From: Promethearchaeota archaeon
GTDB lineage: Archaea > Asgardarchaeota > Lokiarchaeia > Sigyniarchaeales > SOKP01
Direction of reading: 5' to 3'
NCBI GenBank assembly: GCA_008080735.1
Contig: SHMW01000087.1
Location: 1-18,199 of the forward strand
DNA length: 18,199 bases
The notes below the pieces were generated by a model, which worked only from the letters and a program-made list of their open reading frames with translations, was not told where the DNA came from and searched no databases. The translations under genes were made by a program, and so were the position numbers. Positions 1 through 7,280 of the stretch are shown one piece after another. Numbering within the stretch: the first letter of the stretch is position 1; each line of letters begins with the position of its first letter.

Positions 1-108
1 AAAGAGGAGGATCTCGTATTTGAGGAAGACTCGGGATGCTATTTATGCGTCAATTGTCATAAGGGAGCGTATAAACATAAATATAAAATTATTGGTTTAA
101 ACAAATAA
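1..108 (+). CDS. 3' end of a gene entering the window; possible Zn-binding Cys motif
   Basis: Frame 1 is open from base 1 to TAA 106-108: KEEDLVFEEDSGCYLCVNCHKGAYKHKYKIIGLNK*. It is short and partial. Confidence 0.35.
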   Translation, partial: KEEDLVFEEDSGCYLCVNCHKGAYKHKYKIIGLNK

Positions 109-132
109 TCTTTTAATCGTCATTTTTTTTGA

Positions 133-624
133 TTAAAAACAAAATTTCCTGAAAAATATAACCCTACAATTGGAGCAAATTTTTTGGTAAAAGAAGTGGA
201 CCTAACCCAAGTCGTAGATAATCTGGATAGGTTAGATGAAGTTCTCAAAGAGAAAGTAAAAAGGAAGGGGTTTAAGATCTATTTTTGGGATATTGGCGGA
301 CAGAAAGATAAATTATTTGCGAATGAATATTATTTCCAAGATGCCGTTGGAGCGATTGTGGTATTTGATTTAGCAAACGAAGAATCGTTTGAACATCTTG
401 AATTTTGGGTGTCAAAATTGAAGGCATTAAGTGGAGATATCCCATTCATTCTTGTCGGAAATAAAATCGACTTATCAGACAAACGGGAAATCGCGACAGA
501 AGAGATCGATGAAAAACGAGAAGAATTGGGGACCGAATATTTTGAGACGTCCGCGAAGACTGATGAAAACGTTAGGAAGGCGTTTGAGGCCCTTTCTGCA
601 AAAATCTTGAATAATTTAAAATAA
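133..624 (+). CDS. Rab/Arf-like small GTPase (Ras superfamily), N-terminally truncated (no G1/P-loop); possible pseudogene
   Basis: The open frame after TGA 130-132 gives LKTKFPEKYNPTIGANF (switch I/G2), WDIGGQ (G3), VGNKID (G4) and ETSAK (G5). The first usable start is TTG 184. No GxxxxGK[ST] is found in any + frame upstream, and there is no C-terminal prenylation motif. Confidence 0.8.
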   Translation, partial: LKTKFPEKYNPTIGANFLVKEVDLTQVVDNLDRLDEVLKEKVKRKGFKIYFWDIGGQKDKLFANEYYFQDAVGAIVVFDLANEESFEHLEFWVSKLKALSGDIPFILVGNKIDLSDKREIATEEIDEKREELGTEYFETSAKTDENVRKAFEALSAKILNNLK

Positions 625-699
625 AAAGAAACTTATAATTTCAGTTTTAATTCTTTTTTATTAATAATCTTAAATTGCTCCCAAATTCGAATCGCTTAA

Positions 700-1431
700 A
701 TGATGAGCATTTTATTAATTCCCATCGCGCCGTTATCACGAACAAAATCTCGCTTGCGTGATTGTTTTAGCAAAACCCAATTGAAAGAATTAACGATTTG
801 CATGTTTAAGGATTTGGGAAACACTCTATCTTATGTAGACTGCTTCGATGAGATTATTGTTTACTGCAATGATGAGGAAATATTAACGTTAGCCGATAAA
901 TTCAATTTAATCGGGATGAAAGAAGAATTGACTACGCCTCGTAAATCCTTTGACGAGGTGATTAGTGACCTCAATGTAATTGCCTTGGAGCAATTTAATG
1001 CAAAAACAACAGTTTTTACGTTTTTAGACACAATACTGATTTCCCCTAAGAATTTTAATGAGATCGCCCATCTAATAGAAGATAACCAATTGATAGTGTG
1101 TCCTGCGATTCATTCAGCGGGGATCTCTGTAATAGGGAGAAAACCCCCCAATATTATTCCCACCTATTTTTCGGATCCCACCACTCCTTCGTTTGTTGCC
1201 CAAATGAGGAACGCTAAAAAGCACGGGCTTACAAAAATTAAAGTATATGATTCTTTTCGGGCTGGCTTTGATATTGATGTAAAACAAGATTTACTTTTAG
1301 CCTATGAATATTTGAAAATTCTTGATCTTACTGAGACATTTACCTATAGATTCCTGAAAGACAATTTAACTCTGTCCATTCAAAAATCAAATACGCAAAA
1401 TAATAGAATATTTCAATTTAGGGAGAAATAG
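700..1431 (+). CDS. cofC: 2-phospho-L-lactate/PEP guanylyltransferase (coenzyme F420 biosynthesis), CofC family
   Basis: N-terminal LIPIAPLSRTKSRL resembles the CofC xxPvK....aKSRL motif. C-terminal FDIDVKQDL resembles DvDtpeDL. Length is 243 aa. Confidence 0.75.
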   Translation: MMSILLIPIAPLSRTKSRLRDCFSKTQLKELTICMFKDLGNTLSYVDCFDEIIVYCNDEEILTLADKFNLIGMKEELTTPRKSFDEVISDLNVIALEQFNAKTTVFTFLDTILISPKNFNEIAHLIEDNQLIVCPAIHSAGISVIGRKPPNIIPTYFSDPTTPSFVAQMRNAKKHGLTKIKVYDSFRAGFDIDVKQDLLLAYEYLKILDLTETFTYRFLKDNLTLSIQKSNTQNNRIFQFREK

Positions 1432-1473
1432 CAATTCAGGGGTCAAGATTAAAGGAAAAAAGGTCGAAGGATA

Positions 1474-2703
1474 TTAAAAGGTGAAGGTTATTACTAATTT
1501 AAATTCCTCACCAATAATATCTTCCACTTCGTTTTGAAATTTGGCTCTATCTCTCTTTAGAGTTGCCAGATACTTCAAATAATCCTTATTCTTGCGTTCA
1601 ACATCATTTTCAAGATGTTCGACTCTCTGTGTATAGACAGAAATCTCATTTTGCAACTCTTCTCGTTTTTCGTCAAGTCCTTTTTTCTTGATTTGTTTTT
1701 TAAGATCCTTAATATTGTCTTTTAACTCTTGATATTTATCCAAATCATTGTAGATTCCCTCTTCATCAAAAATCTTATTAATTTGTTCGATGGTCTTTTC
1801 TCGCTTATCTGCCTTCAAATTTAATTTGTTTTCCTCTAACACATGGCGTAATTGTACAAGTAATCCCCGAAAACGAGTTAAATCTTTACCTTCACTTGCC
1901 AAAACTTTAATAGGATTTTTGATGAATTCTCTAATATAATTTTCATCTAAATTGCTGAGATGGATATTTTCGCGTTCAACTTCCACCCGGAGCTTTTTGA
2001 GCGCTTTTTTAAAGCCAAGTTCATTATTAATTGTGATTTTAAGCTTGAATAAATTGTCGCGATATTTTTTCAAGTCTTTGAATAATTCATCCTTTTCTAA
2101 TTTTATAAGTTGTTGGTTTAGATTTTCGAGTGTCTGTGTAGCCTCTTCTAACTCTTTTTCAAATTTATCCAAATCATTTTTGGCATTTTCTATATTATCA
2201 ATAAGAGCATGAAATTTGGAAAGTCTATCTAATACATCCTCAGCCTCTTTTACATCGGTGTACTTCTTTCTAATGAACTTTTCTAGGGACGCATGAGTTT
2301 TTGATAATTTTCTGGTGAGATAATTTAGCTCCTTGATCTCTGATTGTGCTTCCCTCTGAAATTTCGGAAGTGATTTTCGGGCAACATCATTGATGTTATT
2401 AAATAACTTTTTCATCGAATTAAGTAATTTAAGCAAATTATCGTAGGTAATATCTTCTTTAGGAATGTTAATTTCATCGATTTCTTTACGGATTCTGTCA
2501 GAAAAGAAGTTTAAAGAACGTACTGCTTTCTTCTCAAGCTGGTCTTCCTTTTCCATGAAATGCTCCATACAAATCTTAATTTCAACGAAATTTTCTTGTA
2601 TTTCTTCGATTAATTTGGAGGCGACTTTTTTTTCTTTATAAAATATATCGTTTAACCGATTTTTGTAAAATTCCTTAAACTGATCTAATTCAACTTCCAC
2701 CAT
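1474..2703 (-). CDS. Long coiled-coil hypothetical protein
   Basis: 409-aa ORF, E/K/L-rich with heptad pattern. No Walker A or other catalytic motif seen. Confidence 0.8.
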   Translation of the reverse strand: MVEVELDQFKEFYKNRLNDIFYKEKKVASKLIEEIQENFVEIKICMEHFMEKEDQLEKKAVRSLNFFSDRIRKEIDEINIPKEDITYDNLLKLLNSMKKLFNNINDVARKSLPKFQREAQSEIKELNYLTRKLSKTHASLEKFIRKKYTDVKEAEDVLDRLSKFHALIDNIENAKNDLDKFEKELEEATQTLENLNQQLIKLEKDELFKDLKKYRDNLFKLKITINNELGFKKALKKLRVEVERENIHLSNLDENYIREFIKNPIKVLASEGKDLTRFRGLLVQLRHVLEENKLNLKADKREKTIEQINKIFDEEGIYNDLDKYQELKDNIKDLKKQIKKKGLDEKREELQNEISVYTQRVEHLENDVERKNKDYLKYLATLKRDRAKFQNEVEDIIGEEFKLVITFTF

Positions 2704-2815
2704 ATTGATTATATATAAAAAACTTTTTTTACAGATAATTTAACTAATAGATTTGAAACTTTTTAAATCTTATAATATCAGAGATGTTTAATAATTTGTG
2801 AGAAATGAGATTTTC

Positions 2816-4114
2816 TTATCGTTTTGCTTGCCTTGGTATAATTTTCTTTTTTCCGTTCATATATTTGCGTAGGATTTTGGGTATGGTAATCGAATGGTCT
2901 TCATTCTGATAGTTCTCAAGTAAGCAACAAATCGTCCTCTCCGTTGCAATGGCAGTAGAATTTAATGTGTGGACGATATCTTTTTCTTTCTGGGTTCCCA
3001 CTTTCCCCATCCGGATCTTGAGTTTCCTGGCTTGATAATCAAGGCAATTACTGCACGAGACTAATTCCCGATAAGTCTGAGATGCCGGAAACCAAGCCTC
3101 TAAATCATATTTTTTCGCAGCGTTATCATTCAACTCTCCTGATGCGATACTAACGATACGATAGGGTAAGCTTAATCTCTTGTAAAATATTTCCGCATTT
3201 GAGATTAATTCTTCGTGAAAGTCCCAAGATTGCTCGGGTTTACAAAAGACAAACTGTTCAATTTTCTCGAATTGATGAACTCGAAAGATTCCGAGGGTGT
3301 CCTTTCCGTGAGAGCCCGCTTCTCTTCTAAAACACGATGAAATACCCGCATACTTCAACGGTAAGATATCAGGATCCAAAATCTCGTCATAATGATATGC
3401 CGCAAGTGTTTGTTCCGAGGTGGCTATCATGTAGAGATCTTCGTCTTGAATCTTATATAACTGCTCTTCAAAATCAGCAAGCTCCGCAGCTGCTTTAATA
3501 ACTTCATATTTGACGAAGAATGGAGTCCACATGGGGGTATATCCTTTTTCTTGTAAGATCTCAAGCCCAAACTTCATTAACGCTAAATTTAGCATGGCGA
3601 GATCACCTTTCAAATAATAAAACCTCGAACCTACTACTTGTGAGGCTTTAGTCGTGTCCGCGCCATCTATTAGCTCGACAAGATCTACGTGAGACACGGG
3701 GGTAAAACTAAACTCGGGATGTGTGCCTCCTTCTCGAATAATTTTGTTTTCTTCCTCCGTTTCACCAATCGGTACGGTGTCGTGGAGGATATTTCCCACA
3801 ACATATCTATATTCTTCTCTCTTGTTCAAGAACTCATCTGCCTTTACCTCTAAGGCTTCAATCTCCTCCTTTATAGCTGCAGATTCGCTTATTGCGTTTT
3901 GTGCTCTCTTCTCGTCTCCCTTTTTTTTATATTCTGCGATCGAATGAGAGATTTTGTTACGTTTTTCTCGCAAGCTTTGAAGCTCTCCTAACACTTCCCT
4001 CCATTTGATATCAAATTCTAACACTTTTCTGGCATTTTGTTGGTTCTTGAACCGTTTTTCCTCTGATGCCACTATTTTTTCAATATTTTCCCTGAAGATT
4101 TCTATATCAAGCAT
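2816..4114 (-). CDS. serS: Seryl-tRNA synthetase (standard/bacterial-eukaryal type)
   Basis: MLDI start with N-terminal coiled-coil arm, TSE loop (IATSEQ), motif 2 FRREAG...GIFRVHQFEKIE, ELVSCSNC.DYQAR, and motif 3 HTLNSTAIATER. Confidence 0.97.
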   Translation of the reverse strand: MLDIEIFRENIEKIVASEEKRFKNQQNARKVLEFDIKWREVLGELQSLREKRNKISHSIAEYKKKGDEKRAQNAISESAAIKEEIEALEVKADEFLNKREEYRYVVGNILHDTVPIGETEEENKIIREGGTHPEFSFTPVSHVDLVELIDGADTTKASQVVGSRFYYLKGDLAMLNLALMKFGLEILQEKGYTPMWTPFFVKYEVIKAAAELADFEEQLYKIQDEDLYMIATSEQTLAAYHYDEILDPDILPLKYAGISSCFRREAGSHGKDTLGIFRVHQFEKIEQFVFCKPEQSWDFHEELISNAEIFYKRLSLPYRIVSIASGELNDNAAKKYDLEAWFPASQTYRELVSCSNCLDYQARKLKIRMGKVGTQKEKDIVHTLNSTAIATERTICCLLENYQNEDHSITIPKILRKYMNGKKKIIPRQAKR

Positions 4115-4215
4115 GATTCCTTAAGATTTTTTAAGAATTGTTTTAGTCAATATTATAATTCACATAGATATAAATAATAACCGGAATTAAAGAAAGCTCA
4201 GATTTTATGATTTTT

Positions 4216-4401
4216 TTATTCATGTTTGATGCGATCGGTGATTGTGGAGCGCAATAGGGCAGTTTTCACTTTTCTCTTATCAAATCCGACGTTCTGTATT
4301 ATCCTCATGATTTTCATTCTCCGAGCTTTTCCTTTTAGACCTTCCTCTGCCATAAACTCTCGTGCGAATTCCTCGATTTTCTCATCATTGTTATCTGACA
4401 T
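4216..4401 (-). CDS. Small helical hypothetical protein (61 aa)
   Basis: ATG start, TAA stop, protein-like composition, co-oriented upstream of serS. Confidence 0.65.
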   Translation of the reverse strand: MSDNNDEKIEEFAREFMAEEGLKGKARRMKIMRIIQNVGFDKRKVKTALLRSTITDRIKHE

Positions 4402-4722
4402 ATCTATGGAGTAAAATGTATATTACCATAAAAAATTTAATGAGAATCCTTGAACTAAAAATATTAATGATATAGTTTAGTATAATATTTCCTACAATTC
4501 TTTCAGATTCTAACCTTTAAAAAATACTAATATTACTTTGAATGCGTTTATACAAGATTTTATTTAACCCCAGATTTAGCATTTTGATCATTCCTTAATC
4601 ATTTTTGAAAACGCCGTTATTAGTTTTAATAACAAAAAATAAATTCATTCCACAATTTTCTGAATCAAGAAAAATAAAAAAAAAACCTTAAAATTAATGG
4701 TGATTTTGAGAAGGGGATTAAA

Positions 4723-6723
4723 TTGTCTGATGATAAACAGACCAAGGATGAAGTTAGGATTGGAGTTTACGTCTGCGAGTGAGGCGTGAATATTGGAGCT
4801 ACTATAGATTGCGATGCGGTACGGAAATTTGTTGAGGGGCAACCGAATGTGGTCGTTGCTAGAACTAATAAATTTACGTGTAGTGATCCTGGACAACAAG
4901 TCATAAAAAACGATATTTTAGAATTAGACATTAATAGAGTAGTAGTTGGAGCATGCACCCCAAAAATACACGAACCTACCTATAGAGCGGTGCTTATTGA
5001 GGCAGGATTAAGTCCGTATTATTTCCAGATGGTCAATTTAAGAGAGCAATGCTCGTTTGTCCATGCGGATAAAAAAGAAAGGGCAACGGGAAAAGCCAAA
5101 CGACTAATGACCGCTGGTATAAATCGAGCACGAGAATTAGAATCCGTTCCTCGAAAAGAAATACCAATCGAGAAATCCGTACTGATCGTGGGTGCGGGTA
5201 TTGCCGGTATGAATGCAGCCTTAGATTTGGCTGATCAAGGCATAAATGTGTACCTTGTAGAGAAGGAACCCACTATCGGCGGTAAAATGGCCCAATTGGA
5301 CAGAATTTTTCCAACTGACGATTGCGGGATCTGAGTACTGGCCCCTATAATGGTCAATGCGTCAAAACATCCGAATATCACCCTACTGACCTATAGTGAT
5401 GTAGTGGAATTTAGTGGTATAACTGGAGATTATAAAGTAAAAATTCGGAAAAAGCCCCGCTATGTAGATCCCGATGTATGCACTGGCTGTGGTCTCTGTA
5501 CGACGAAATGTCCCATAAATATGCCGAACGAGTTTGATAGGGGCATTGGAGAGCGGGGAGCCATATATATTCCATTCCCACAAGCGGTTCCTAAGCTTGC
5601 GGTTATAGATATGGATGTATGCATTGGATGTAAAAGTTGCGAACGAACATGCCCAGCTGAAGCAATAGATTTTGAGCAAGAACCCCAATATGAGGAGATA
5701 AAGGTGGGTTCTGTAATCATTGCGACTGGCTGGGACGAATACCCAATTTGGGAGTCAAATGAATATAAATACGGCATTTATCCTGATGTGATCACCCAGA
5801 TTGAATTAGAGCGGATGCTGAGTCCGATAGGTCCTACCGATGGACATGTTTATAGAGTATCTGACGGAAAGCAACCCAAAAAAGTTGCGATGATACAATG
5901 TGTTGGTTCGCGAACTCTGCGGGGAAACGAATATTGTTCGGGTGTGTGTTGTAATGTCGCTCTAAAAAACGCGAATTTACTTAAACAAGAATATCCCAAT
6001 ATGGAACTTGTAATATTTTACATTGATATTCGCTCGCCTGATAAAGGAAACGAGGAATATTATCGAAAGATTCGGGAATCAGGAGTTACCTTTATTAAAG
6101 GGAAGCCAGGAGATATTAAACGAACGGAAAACGGAAGTTTGCGACTGTTTTACGATAACGCGCTACTTGATCAAGTAACTCATATGGATTTTGATTTAGT
6201 CGTCCTTTCAACGGGAATTATACCCTCGAAAGGAACACACGAAATTATAAACACAATGGGACTAAGTAGCGGTCCTAGCGGCTTTCTCTCAGAGATCCAT
6301 GGATGCCTCAAACCACAAGAAACAAAAAATATGGGAATTTATATTTGTGGCTGTGCTGCGGGACCTAAAAATATACCATATTCGGTCTCGACCGCGTTAG
6401 CTGCCGCGAGTAAAGCATCTACTTTGCTTTCTAACGACACGATTAGTCAAGAATTAATCATCGCTGAAGTGAATGAGGAGTTATGTATGGGCTGTCATAG
6501 ATGTGAGAAAGTGTGTTATTATGATGCCATTAAAGTTGCGGATGATGATATTGCGGTGGTTGATGATCTAAAATGTAAGGGATGCGGTGCTTGTGTAACC
6601 TCATGTCCTGCTAGAGCGATTGATATCAAGTATTATCGGGAAGCCCAATTCGAGGAAGAAATCAAAGGCATCGGAATGACAGAGATACCGATTGAGGATG
6701 CGGAAGCGATGGTAGAAAAATAA
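4723..6723 (+). CDS. hdrA: Heterodisulfide reductase subunit A (FAD/FeS electron-bifurcating subunit); selenoprotein with 2 Sec (U20, U204), 666 aa
   Basis: Single frame from TTG 4723 (purine-rich GAGAAGGGG upstream) to TAA 6721-6723. TGA 4780-4782 lies in RIGVYVCE-U-GVNI (family RIGVyvChCG.NI). TGA 5332-5334 lies in FPTDDCGI-U-VLAP (family FPTlDCs.CiL.P). Also present: GACTP, GAGIAG FAD motif, inserted and C-terminal 2x[4Fe-4S] ferredoxin motifs, and QCVGSR...YCSGVCC. Confidence 0.93.
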
Positions 6724-6741
6724 ACAATGCGGTGGTTATAA

Positions 6742-7161
6742 ATGTCCAAAGAAAACAACAAGAGAAATATAATTGCGTTTGCTTGCGATAAATGAGGGTA
6801 TGCGGCGGCCGATTTGACCGGGACAACCAGAAAAACCTATACGACCGATGTCAATCTAATTAGAGTACGCTGTACAGGAAGAGTTGGTATTCATTTAATT
6901 ATGGATTGTTTTGTAAATGGTGCGGATGGTGTTGCCATCATTTCATGACAAGAAGGTGAATGTGAGTTTGGAAATGGAAACCTCGTGGCATATAAACATC
7001 TGAGTATGCTGAAGAAAATTTTTACACATCTTGGGATTTCTGAAAAACGTATACAGCAATATTTTTGTTCCGCTGCTGATGTTGAAAAATTTATCAGTTC
7101 AGTAAAAGATATCTCACAAAAGATTCACGCACTCCCTCCTTTACCTAAAAAAACCGAATAG
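6742..7161 (+). CDS. mvhD: MvhD/VhuD [2Fe-2S] hydrogenase delta subunit; selenoprotein with 2 Sec (U18, U69), 139 aa; absent from the ORF track
   Basis: Manual translation: MSKENNKRNIIAFACDK-U-GYAAADLTG...LIRVRCTGRV...NGADGVAIIS-U-QEGECEFGNGN...PPLPKKTE*. TGA 6793-6795 and TGA 6946-6948 match the Cys in family motifs FlCnwCsY.gAD and GADGV...gCh.gdChy. Stop is TAG 7159-7161. GGTGG lies upstream of the ATG. Confidence 0.93.
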
Positions 7162-7221
7162 AATGATTCTTTCGAACAAATTATAGTCGTAAGATGACAA
7201 CCTTGCAAGGGTTAATTCGGT
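7153..7221 (+). promoter_or_regulatory. Putative SECIS element (eukaryote-like, tandem G.A core) 3' of mvhD
   Basis: A-UGAU (7163-7167) sits opposite UGAC (7195-7198). The upper helix is UCUUUCGA (7168-7175) / UCGUAAGA (7187-7194) with one U.U, closed by C7177-G7186, and the apical loop begins AAA (7178-7180). A lower helix ACCGAAU (7153-7159) / AUUCGGU (7215-7221) is possible. Folded by eye. Confidence 0.78.
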
Positions 7222-7280
7222 AAAGAGTTTTTTAATTATTATCAATGAATTTTTAGAATGTAACAATAGCATATAGAATT

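Noticed and set aside
130-132. TGA upstream of the GTPase as a Sec codon
   Set aside because: It is not at a Cys-conserved position. Read-through meets TAA 106-108 without recovering a P-loop, and no SECIS is seen downstream.
1474-2703. SMC/Rad50 or ESCRT-III assignment for the coiled-coil protein
   Set aside because: No Walker A/B, signature or zinc-hook motif is present. The similarity is only compositional.
4786-6723. ORF-track calls 4786..5334 and 5350..6723 as two separate genes (split HdrA)
   Set aside because: They are in the same frame, and the 15 nt between them encode VLAPI, continuing the HdrA motif. They are treated as one gene.
4780-6948. Genome-wide UGA reassignment (Trp/Gly) or pseudogenisation as the explanation for the in-frame TGAs
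   Set aside because: All four TGAs fall on conserved Cys positions. The other genes are uninterrupted, and TGA serves as a normal stop for nadE (16164-16166, - strand) and the serine hydrolase (12813-12815). Random nonsense mutations would not give this pattern.
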